Positions 34,608 to 46,200 of a stretch of DNA of 64,000 bases are shown here, piece after piece; position 1 is the stretch's first letter, and each line of letters begins with the position of its first letter. This DNA is from Squalus acanthias (taxonomy: Eukaryota): the NCBI GenBank assembly GCA_030390025.1, contig CM059432.1:147128001-147192000 (forward strand), written 5' to 3'. The translations under genes and the position numbers were made by a program. The notes under the pieces are model-generated. The model saw nothing but the letters and a program-made list of their open reading frames with translations, made no database searches and was not told the origin of the DNA.

Positions 34608-36570
34608 CCTGCACAATCAAACACTTTTGCCTCGCACCTTCTTACCAGAGCATCGACAATGGACAAGAACCTGCGGATTCCTATCACTCTGACCTCCATA
34701 CTGACAATTGCAAGTCGCCCTAAGCCCTCAATGTGAAAGTCCCATTTGCAAAATGACACAGGCCACAACTTCAACAGTTTGCCATCAAATCTGTTTATGA
34801 TACCATGACAAGGATGGCTGGTCCAAATACAATACATCACAGCACCCAAGTGACTACCCTTGTGACTACTTGTGCATTATCTTCCTCTTACGCATGCTCC
34901 TACGTGGTGCTTCCCCTGTGGCTTCAGCAGATGTGGAGGCCCCTTGCTCATTTTCTTGCTGCTCCTGTCTCAACGCCTTTGGTGGGTGTCCTCTGGGGTT
35001 GTGAACCTGTGAGGGCTTGGCAGCAGTCTGCTGCTCCTGCGGCTGTGCAGGGGCTGAGACGCCCATCTCAGTTGGATGAGGACTCTGGTGGGGCTCTGAC
35101 CGAGGGCTTCGCAGTGGCATGGTCGTGTGAGCACTTGGAGTCGAGCACCCACTTCCTTGTTGTCTGCCACCAACATCCCTCTCATGGGTCAGCCCCACTT
35201 CAGAGCTAGCAAGTGGCTTGACAGCACCTTGCTGCACTTCAGGGGGGCCATGAGGACCCGTTTCTGCACTGGAAGTCCTACTCCAGAGGACTTCCATGAA
35301 GGTCTAGTTTCTATGCTCAATAGCTGACCATCGCTCCTCAAGAGATGTCATTTTATTCTGAACAATGACCATATTTTCAAGACCCTGGTGACTGAGCTCC
35401 TCCATGGCCATAGCCATCCTCTCCTCTACCATAGCCAACCTCTCCTCTACGGTAGCCAGCCTTACCACAGAGTTAGCCATCCTTTCCACGGAGGATGCCA
35501 TCCTTTCCGCGGTGATGCGTTCATGCGTCAATGCCTCCACAAAGGCTCTGCTCATGTTCGCGATGGACTCCTCCATTCGCTCCACACTCACAGCGACCCT
35601 GGAGAAAAAACCTGCCAGAGACTCCTGCACCTGTTCCTGGAGTTCCAGCACCGCTCTCCTTCTGGATGGACCCGGAGGCACAGGGCCGACATGCAGCTGA
35701 GCTGAGCTGGTAGAGTCCTGCGCCCTCCGACGAGGACTCTCCACTGCCGACCCTGTCTCCACCATCTGCTGATGCTCACTTGTGAGCTGTGATACACTAG
35801 GTGCCAACACTACTGTATCTCGCGAAGGTCCCACCGAGGTGTGAGTGTCTGCGCTGGTGCTGGGTGCGCTGAATTCTGCTGATGCTGCGCCCTCAGAGGT
35901 TGCAGCTTCCTCTGAGGAGTCTGGAAGCTCAGGCTCTTCCTCTTGGACAGTGGGGACGGGGGTTGTCGATGGTCCTCTGGGGGAGTAAAGGAAAGAGTTA
36001 GAGATGTGAGGTCAAGGTTACATGCACATTGAATAGTGCAGATGATCATAAGTCAATCTGTTAGAGCATCAGATTCATTATCAGTGACTCATGCAATGTC
36101 AATGAGAGAGATGCCAAACTATTCTGTCACCAGCTTGCTGTGATGCGCCCGCGTGTCCGTCCCTCACTTGGGAATCCTCCTCGATCCCGGCAATTTCCAG
36201 GGCCACCTCCTCCCAGGCGGTGAGCTGGGCTACTGAGGGTGGCCCTCCTCCTGTCATGGCTCTTTCCCTCTTATTGTGGGCTCTCTTTTCCTGCAATGAG
36301 GGACACAAGTGGAGTTTGAGTGAGAATGAAGGAGTGAGTGTGGAGAATCCATAGCATAGATGCTTAGAAGGAGACAAAGGGCTTTCCCTGTGTGTTGTAA
36401 GTTGTTGTTGTTGTTGCATCACATTGATAGGGAGTGTGAGGGCTACATGGTCGAATAGTTAAGTGAATGTGACCATAGAGAGAGAGGCAATGGGTAAGGG
36501 TGCAGGGATGTAAGTGTCAAGTGGGATGTGGAGGAAGAGGTTAGCAAAGCAGAGTGCTGGTGAGGAGAGA

Positions 36571-38561
36571 AATTTTTTTGAAGATGTAACTGGTAAAATA
36601 GATAAGGCAGAACCAGTGGATGTGGTGTATTTGGACTTCCAGAAGGTTTTCGATAAGGTCCCGCATAAGAGATTAGCGTGTAAAGTTAAGGCACATGGGA
36701 TTGGGGGCAAGGTATTGACTTGGATAGAGAACTGGTTGGCAGACAGAAGACAAAGAGTTGGAATAAACGGGTCTTTTTCCGAGTGGCAGGCAGTGACTAG
36801 TGGGGTACTGCAGGGATCGGTCCTAGGACCCCAGCTATTCACAATGGCCCAAAAATTCGTGAGGGAGCCTTCGTGCGAGGGTAAGGCTTCCCCGCAATCT
36901 CTCACTGCGCGCTGGCTTTTTCAGTCCCAGCTCGCACGAACTTGATGTTCTGGACAGCAGCTGGGCAGTGCTTCCGTATCCCACAGGCGCAGTTAATTCG
37001 TGCGAGCTGTGGGATCACGTGACTCAGTTAGAGCCAATGGCAGCACACCATCTTTCATTCATAGCTTTCACAAAAGTGCTGTGAAAGCTATGAATCTATA
37101 CCCCCCCAAAAGAACAGCTAAACCTCAATTAAATTTTTTAAAAAAACCATCACATTAATAAAATAAGTATAGTTAAATAAATTAACCATTTTAAACAAAA
37201 AATTAAATTTTTGAAAAAATTTAAAATCTTTTAAAAAGTTATAAAAATAAACTTACCTGTCTTTAAAGTCTCTAAAAAAGATATACCTGTTAAAAAAAAT
37301 TCAAAATAATACTTAATTAACTACTTACCTTGTTAAAAGAGGGTCTTACGCCTCCTTTCTTTATGTCTAAAATGTTCCATGCTTACCTGCGCGTTCAAAG
37401 CACTAAGTGCACTGCATGCGCGCAGCCTGTAGCGCGTACGCGGTTCACCTAGGAACCGCCCCCTTTTGAATTCACCAAGTGCCGGTTTTCAGCGCATGCG
37501 CAGTGCATGCAGAAAACCAGCAATTGGAGACAGAATACGCGAGAGTACACAGTGCGTACTCTCGCGTAGCGGCACTAATTTTTGGGCCAATATATATTAA
37601 TGATCTAGACGAGGGAACTAGATGTAATATCTCCAAGTTTGCAGATGACACAAAGCTGGGTGGGCGTGTGAGGAGGATGCCGAAAAACTCCAATATGATT
37701 TGGACAGGTTGGGTGATTGGGCAGAATCATGGCAGATGCATTATAATATGGATAAATGCGAGGTTATCCACTTTGGTGTCAAAAACGGGAAGGCAGATTA
37801 TTATCTGAATGGCAATAGATTGGGAGAAGGGGAAGTGAAACGAGACCTGGGTGTCCTTGTGCACCAGTCGCTGAAGGTAAGCATGCAGGTGCAGCAGGCG
37901 GTTAAGAAGGCAAATGGTATGTTGGCCTTCGTAGCGAGAGGGTTCGAATACAGGAACAAGGATGTCTTGCTGCAGTTGTACAGGGCCTTGGTGAGACCAC
38001 ACCTTGAGTATTGTGTGCAGTTTTGGTCGCCTTATCTGAGGAAGGATGTTCTTGCCATGGAGGGAGTGCAGCGAAGATTCACCAGGCTGATGCCTGGGAT
38101 GGCAGGAATAACGTATGAGGAGAGATTGGGTCGATTGGGCTTATACTCGCTGGAGTTTAGAAGAATGAGAGGGGATCTCATTGAAACTTATAAAATTCTA
38201 ACAGGACTAGACAGACTAGATGCAGGAAGCCTGTTCCCGATGGTCGGGGAGTCCAGAACCAGGGGGTCACAGTCTAAGGATAAGGGGTAAGCCATTTAGG
38301 ACAGAGATGAGGAGGAATTTCTTCACCCAGAGAGTGGTGAACCTGTGGAATTCTCTACCACAGAAGGCAGTAGAGGCCAATTCATTAAATATATTCAAGA
38401 AGGAGTTAGATATATTTCTTAAGGCTAAAGGGATCAAGGGATATGGGGAAAAGGCAGGGACAGGGTACTGAATTTGGATGATCAGCCATGATCTCATTGA
38501 ATGGCGGAACAGGCTCGAGGGGCCGAATGGCCTACTCCTGCTCCTATCTTATATGTTTCTA
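36571..38561 (+). mobile_element. CR1 LINE in intron 1 of the Harbinger B Myb gene, itself split by a MITE
   Basis: [54 protein letters not shown], with a tail ending ATGTTTCTAT. Confidence 0.93.
36846..37588. mobile_element. Harbinger-type MITE with an AT-rich core
   Basis: Perfect 12-bp TIR GGCCCAAAAATT / AATTTTTGGGCC and TSD AAT. Removing it restores the CR1 frame QLFTIYINDL. Confidence 0.92.
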
Positions 38562-39599
38562 TGAGGCGATGGGGATGAGATTGAGGGTGATGGGAAAGTC
38601 ATACTCACTTTTCCTGTGCGGAGAAGGTCATGAAACCTCTTCCTGCATTGCAGCCAGGTTCTGCGGCTCATTGATATGGAGTTGACCTCCTGGGCCACTT
38701 GCAGCCACACAACTTTATTCTGCTGGGGTGGCTTTTTTCTCCCTGAGAAAGGGAAGAGCACCTCCTTATTCAATCTTGCTCCCTGCACCAGAGCTTGGAG
38801 GGAGGGCTCATCGAAGCGAGGAGCACACTTTTGCCTGCTGGTGGACATGGTCGATCAATGAATTCCTTACTACAATCACCATAAAGTTTGCAGTCTCCAG
38901 CAGAAGCAAGGCTGCTTGCAGGCCTTAAATCCAGCAGCATTGATGACGTCATCGGAGGCGAGTTTCTGGATGAAAAGACTCATTGGGCCAGGGGTTCCCA
39001 CACGCAGGAAATCAATTGCCCAATTAGGGGAAAATCGCACTTTTTCCCCACTTCACTTCAGAGTCGGGATCCTGACACGAATCCCACCTGACACGCCCCA
39101 GCCCGCCCACACTGGCAAAATCCAGCCCGAAGGGTGAGCTCTCCAGGACTCTCCATCTCCAGGAAAATTCTCGGAAGTCTTGCATGGAATTTACCAATGT
39201 GCACGCCTGCACTCTAAATCTGACCTGTGCCACGCCAGACCTGGTCAGTGTTTGAGGCCGGGTACAAGCACAAAAATGTATTTAATTCTCCAGCACCGAC
39301 ATCGCTTCCCTTGCTGTGCGCAAATTCTGCTTTGCTTATTTTAATTTATAACATGGAAAATATTAATTAAAAAACCCAAATCTAAAAATGACAGCTCCTG
39401 ATATGAGGGGACAAAATCTGAGCACATCCATGTGACATTCATCTGTTCACACTATTGATAGAGGCATAACCCATTTGAAATAATCAGGATAACGTCTGTC
39501 TTAAAATAGCCGACGAAAGAATGTTCTTTGAACTAAACTGGCCTCAAAAATCCTTGGGATGTGATCTTTGTGCAACCGACAGTGCCCGGGAGCAAGATA

Positions 39600-40290
39600 A
39601 AGCTTGTATTTATATAGCACCTGTCACAATCACGTGATGTCCCAAAGCGTTTTACAGCCAATGAAGTACTTTTGAAGTGTAGAAAACACAGCATCCCAAT
39701 TGCGCACAGCAAGGTCCCACAAATAGCAATGTGACACGGCAAGGGAGCCCCAGGTGGGCAGAGGAAACGCTTCAAGGACACCCTCAAAGCCTCCTTAAAA
39801 AAGTGCAATATCCCCACCAACACCTGGGAATCCCTGGCCCAAGACCGCACAAAGTGGAGGAGAAGCATCCGGGAAGGCGCCGAACACCTCGAGTCTCTTC
39901 GCCGGGAGCAAGCGGAAGCCAAGCACACAAACAGCGGAAGGAGCACACGTCAACCCAAGCACCCCACACCCACCCGTCCCTTCAACCACCATCTGCCCCA
40001 CCTGTGACAGAGACTGTAGGTCCCGCATTGGACTTATCAGTGACAAGAGAACTCATTGTTAGTGTGGAAGCAAGTCATCCCCGGTTCCGAGGGACTGCCT
40101 AAGAAGAAGAAGAAGATAATGGCCAGATAATCTGTTTTAGTGATGTTGGTTGAGGGATAAATATTAGCCATGACACCAGGAAGAACCCCCCTGCTCTTCT
40201 TCGAAAAAGTGCCATAGGATCGTTTTACGTTCACATGAGGGGGCATTTTCATCCAAAAGACAGCACTACCAACAGCACAGAACTCCATCA
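39600..40290 (-). mobile_element. Deu-domain SINE (same family as 12660-13125), interrupted by an RTE and running into the satellite
   Basis: 39600-39733 and 40117-40290 are colinear with 12665-13010. The tRNA head is not seen in the window. Confidence 0.85.
39734..40116 (+). mobile_element. RTE LINE 3' end (same family as 18392-19427)
   Basis: Near-identical to the reverse complement of 18400-18770, with an (AAG)5 tail. Confidence 0.93.
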
Positions 40291-43200
40291 ACACAGCACT
40301 CCATCAACACTGCACTCCATCAACACTGCACTCCATCAACACTGTGTCCATCAACACAGCACTCCATCAACACTGCACTCCATCAACACAGCACTCCATC
40401 AACACAGCACTCCATCAACACTGTGTCCATCAACACTGCACTCCATCAACACAGCACTCCATCAACACTGTGTCCATCAACAAAGCACTCCATCAACACT
40501 GCACTCCATCAACACTGTGTCCATCAACACTGCACTCCATCAACACTGCACTCCATCAACACTGTGTCCATCAACACTGCACTCCATCAACACTGCACTC
40601 CATCAACACAGCACTCCATCAACACTGCACTCCATCAACAATGCACTCCATCAACACTGTGTCCATCAACACAGCACTCCATCAACACTGCACTCCATCA
40701 ACACAGCACTCCATCAACACTGCACTCCATCAATACAGCACTCCATCAACACTGCACTCCATCAACACTGCACTCCATCAACACTGCACTCCAACAACAC
40801 AGCACTCCATCAACACTGCACTCCATCAACACTGCACTCCAACAACACAGCACTCCATCAACACTGTGTCCATCAACACTGCACTCCATCAACACAGCAC
40901 TCCATCAACACTGTGTCCATCAAGACTGCGTCCATCAACACAGCACTCCAAAAACACAGCACTCCATCAACACAGCACTCCATCAACACTGCACTCCATC
41001 AACACTGTGTCCATCAACACTGCACTCCATCAACACTGTGTCCATCAACACTGCACTCCATCAAAACAGCACTCCATCAACACTGTGTCCATCAACACTG
41101 CCCTCCATCAACACTGTGTCCATCAACACTGCACTCCATCAACACTGTGTCCATCAACACTGCACTCCATCAACACTGTGTCCATCAACACTGCACTCCA
41201 TCAACACAGCACTCCATCAACACAGCACTCCATCAACACTGTGTCGATCAACACTGCACTCTATCAACATAGCACTCCATCAACACTGCACTCCATCAAC
41301 ACTGCACTCCATCAACACTGTCTCCATCAACACTGCACTCCATCAACACTGCACTCCATCAACACTGCACTCCATCAACACTGTGTCGATCAACACAGCA
41401 CTCCATCAACACTGTGTCCATCAACACAGCTCTCCATCAACACAGCACTCCACCAACACTGCACTCCATCAACACTGCACTCCATCAACACTGTGTCCAT
41501 CAACAAAGCACTCCATCAACACTGCACTCCATCAACACTGTGTCCATCAACACTGCACTCCATCAACACTGTGTCCATCAACACTGCACTCCATCAACAC
41601 TGCACTCCATCAACACAGCACTCCATCAACACTGCACTCCATCAACAATGCACTCCATCAACACTGTGTCCATCAACACAGCACTCCATCAACACTGCAC
41701 TCCATCAACACTGCACTCCATCAACACTGTGTCCATCAACACAGCACTCCATCAACACTGCACTCCATCAACACTGCACTCCATCAACACTGCACTCCAT
41801 CAACACTGCACTCCATCAACACTGCACTCCAACAACACAGCACTCCATCAACACTGTGTCCATCAACACTGCACTCCATCAACACAGCACTCCATCAACA
41901 CTGTGTCCATCAAGACTGCGTCCATCAACACAGCACTCCAAAAACACAGCACTCCATCAACACAGCACTCCATCAACACTGCACTCCATCAACACAGCAC
42001 TCCATCAACACTGTGTCCATCAACACTACACTCCATCAACACTGTGTCCATCAACACTGCACTCCATCAAAACAGCACTCCATCAACACTGTGTCCATCA
42101 ACACTGCCCTCCATCAACACTGTGTCCATCAACACTGCACTCCATCAACACTGTGTCCATCAACACTGCACTCCATCAACACAGCACTCCATCAACACTG
42201 CACTCCATCAACACAGCACTCCATCAACACAGCTGTCGATCAACACAGCACTCCATCAACACTGTGTCGATCACTGCACTCATCAACACTGCACTCCATC
42301 AACACTGCACTCAATCAACACTGCACTCCATCAACACTGCACTCCATCAACACTGCACTCCATCAACACAGCACTCCATCAACACTGCACTCCATCAACA
42401 CTGTGTCGATCAACACAGCACTCCATCAACACTGTGTCCATCAACACAGCTCTCCATTAACACAGCACTCCACCAACACTGCACTCCATCAACACTGCAC
42501 TCCATCAACACTGTGTCCATCAACACTGCACTCCATCAACACTGCGTCCATCAACACTGCACTCCATCAACACTGTGTCCATCAACACTGTGTCCTTCAA
42601 CACTGCACTCCATCAACACAGCACTCCATCAACACTGTGTCCATCAACACTGTGTCCATCAACACTGCACTCCATCAACACAGCACTCCATCAAAACTGT
42701 GTCCATCAACACTGTGTCCATCAACACTGCACTCCTTCAACACTGTGTCCATCAACACTGTCCTTCAACACTGCGTCCATCAACACTGCACTCCATCAAC
42801 ACTACACTCCATCAACACTGCACTCCACCAACACTGCACTCCATCAACACTGCACTCCATCAACACTGTGTCCATCAACACTGTGTCCATCAACACAGCA
42901 CTCCATCAACACAGCACTCCATCAACACTGCACTCCATCAACACTGTGTCCATCAACACTGCACTCCATCAACACTGCACTCCATCAACACTGTGTCCAT
43001 CAACACAGCACTCCATCAACACAGCACTCCATCAACACTGCACTCCATCAACACTGTGTCCATCAACACTGTGTCCATCAACACTGCGTCCATCAACACT
43101 ACACTCCATCAACACTGCACTCCCTCAACACTGCACTCCATCAACACAGCACTCCATCAACACAGCGTCCATCAACACTGCACTCCATCAACACTGTGTC

Positions 43201-46200
43201 CATCAACACTGCACTCCATCAACACTGCACTCCTTCAACACTGCACTCCATCAACACAGCACTCCATCAACACTGCACTCCATCAATGCTGTGTCCATCA
43301 ACACTGCACTCCATCAAAACTGCGTCCATCAACACTGCACTCCATCAACACTGCACTCCATCAAAACTGCACTCCATCAACACAGCACTCCATCAACACA
43401 GCACTCCATCAACACAGCACTCCATCAACACTGTGTCCATCAACACAGCACTCCATCAACACTGCACTCCATCAACACAGCACTCCATCAACACAGCACT
43501 CCATCAACACTGCACTCCATCAACACAGCACTCCATCAACACAGCACTCCATCAACAATGCACTCCATCAAACAGCACTCCATCAACACAGCACTCCATC
43601 AACACAGCACTCCATCAACACTGTGTCCATCAACACTGTGTCCAACAACACAGCACTCCAACAACACAGCACTCCATCAACAATGCACTCCATCAACACA
43701 GCACTCCATCAACACAGCGTCCATCAACACTGTGTCCATCAACACTGCACTCCATCAACACTGTGTCCATCAACACAGCACTCCATCAACACTGCACTCC
43801 ATCAACACAGCAGTCCATCAACACTGCACTCCATCAGCACAGCACTCCATCAACACTGTGTCCATCAACACTGCACTCCATCAACACTGCACTCCATCAA
43901 CACTGTGTCCATCAACACTGCACTCCATCAACACAGCACTCCATCAACACTGCACTCCATCAACACTGTGTCCATCAACACTGCACTCCATCAACACTGC
44001 ACTCCATCAACACTGCGTCCATCAACACTGCACTCCATCAACACTGCACTCCATCAACACTGTGTCCATCAACACAGCACTACATCAACACTGCACTCCA
44101 TCAACACTGTGTCCATCAACACAGCAGTCCATCAACACTGCACTCCATCAACACTGCGTCCATCAACACTGCACTCCATCAACACTGCACTCCATCAACA
44201 CTGCACTCCATCAACACTGTGTCCATCAACACTGCACTCCAGCAACACAGCACTCCATCAACACTGCACTCCATCAACACTGCGTCCATCAACACGGCAC
44301 TCCATCAACACTGCACTCCATCAACACTGCACTCCATCAACACTGTGTCCATCAACACTGCACTCCATCAACACTGCACTCCATCAACACTGCACTCCAT
44401 CAACACTGCGTCCATCAACACTGTGTCCATCAACACTGCACTCCATCAACACTGCACTCCATCAACACTGCACTCCATCAACACTGTGTCCATCAAGACT
44501 GCGTCCATCAACACAGCACTCCAAAAACACAGCACTCCATCAACACAGCACTCCATCAACACTGCACTCCATCAACACAGCACTCCATCAACACTGTGTC
44601 CATCAACACTGCACTCCATCAACACTGTGTCCATCAACACTGCACTCCATCAAAACAGCACTCCATCAACACTGTGTCCATCAACACTGCCCTCCATCAA
44701 CACTGTGTCCATCAACACTGCACTCCATCAACACTGCGTCCATCAACACTGCACTCCATCAACACTGCACTCCATCAACACTGCACTCCATCAACACTGT
44801 GTCCATCAACACTGCACTCCAGCAACACAGCACTCCATCAACACTGCACTCCATCAACACTGCGTCCATCAACACGGCACTCCATCAACACTGCACTCCA
44901 TCAACACTGCACTCCATCAACACTGTGTCCATCAACACTGCACTCCATCAACACTGCACTCCATCAACACTGCACTCCATCAACACTGCGTCCATCAACA
45001 CTGTGTCCATCAACACTGCACTCCATCAACACTGCACTCCATCAACACTGCACTCCATCAACACTGCACTCCATCAACACTGCACTCCATCAACACTGCG
45101 TCCATCAACACTGTGTCCATCAACACTGCACTCCATCAACACTGCACTCCATCAACACGGCACTCCATCAACACTGCACTCCATCAACACTGCACTCCAT
45201 CAACACTGTGTCCATCAACACTGCACTCCATCAACACTGCACTCCATCAACACTGCACTCCATCAACACTGCACTCCATCAACACTGCGTCCATCAACAC
45301 TGTGTCCATCAACACTGCACTCCATCAACACTGCACTCCATCAACACTGCACTCCATCAACACTACACTCCATCAACACAGCACTCCATCAACACTGCGT
45401 CCATCAATACTGTGTCCATCAACACTGCACTCCATCAACACTGCACTCCATCAACACTGTGTCCATCAACACTGCACTCCATCAACACTGCACTCCATCA
45501 ACACTGCACTCCATCAACACTGTGTCCATCAACACAGCACTCCATCAACACAGCACTCCATCAACACAGCACTCCATCAACACTGCGTCCATCAATACTG
45601 TGTCCATCAACACTGCACTCCATCAACACTGTGTCCAACAACACAGCACTCCAACAACACAGCACTCCATCAACACTGCACTGCATCAACACAGCACTCC
45701 ATCAACACAGTGTCCATCAACACTGTGTCCATCAACACTGCACTCCATCAACACTGTGTCCATCAACACAGCACTCCATCAACAATGTCTCCATCAACAC
45801 AGCAGTCCATCAACACAGCACTCCATCAACACTGCACTCCATCAACACTGCGTCCATCAACACGGCACTCCATCAACACTGCACTCCATCAACACTGCAC
45901 TCCATCAACACTGTGTCCATCAACACTGCACTCCATCAACACTGCACTCCATCAACACTGCACTCCATCAACACTGCACTCCATCAACACTGCGTCCATC
46001 AACACTGTGTCCATCAACACTGCACTCCATCAACACTGCACTCCATCAACACTACACTCCATCAACACAGCACTCCATCAACACTGCGTCCATCAATACT
46101 GTGTCCATCAACACTGCACTCCATCAACACTGCACTCCATCAACACTGTGTCCATCAACACTGCACTCTATCAACACTGCACTCCATCAACACTGCACTC

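Larger units (their letters stand above)
34866..38848 (-). pseudogene. Myb/SANT-like gene of Harbinger B, 3 exons (38848-38609, 36290-36131, 35974-34866), about 502 codons with one in-frame TAG
   Basis: APRFDEPSLQALV..WLQVA..RTWLQCRKRFHDL|gtgagt; ttgcag|EKRAHNKRERAMTGGGPP..|gtgaca. Exon 3 stays in one frame to PRRSMRKRK..* except for TAG at 35306-35304. Confidence 0.85.
33859..39128. mobile_element. PIF/Harbinger transposon B: transposase deleted, Myb/SANT gene almost intact
   Basis: 17-bp TIR with 1 mismatch (GGGCTCGATTTTGCCAG / CTGGCAAAATCCAGCCC). No clean TSD (TGA/GAA). Confidence 0.88.

Noticed and set aside
34232..34723. 163-aa ORF as a novel protein
   Set aside because: Alternative-frame reading across low-complexity transposase stubs; no recognisable motif.
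3347..39233. Numerous 60-195 aa ORFs overlapping MITEs or antisense to LINEs
   Set aside because: Shadow frames of repeats, with no splice or motif support.
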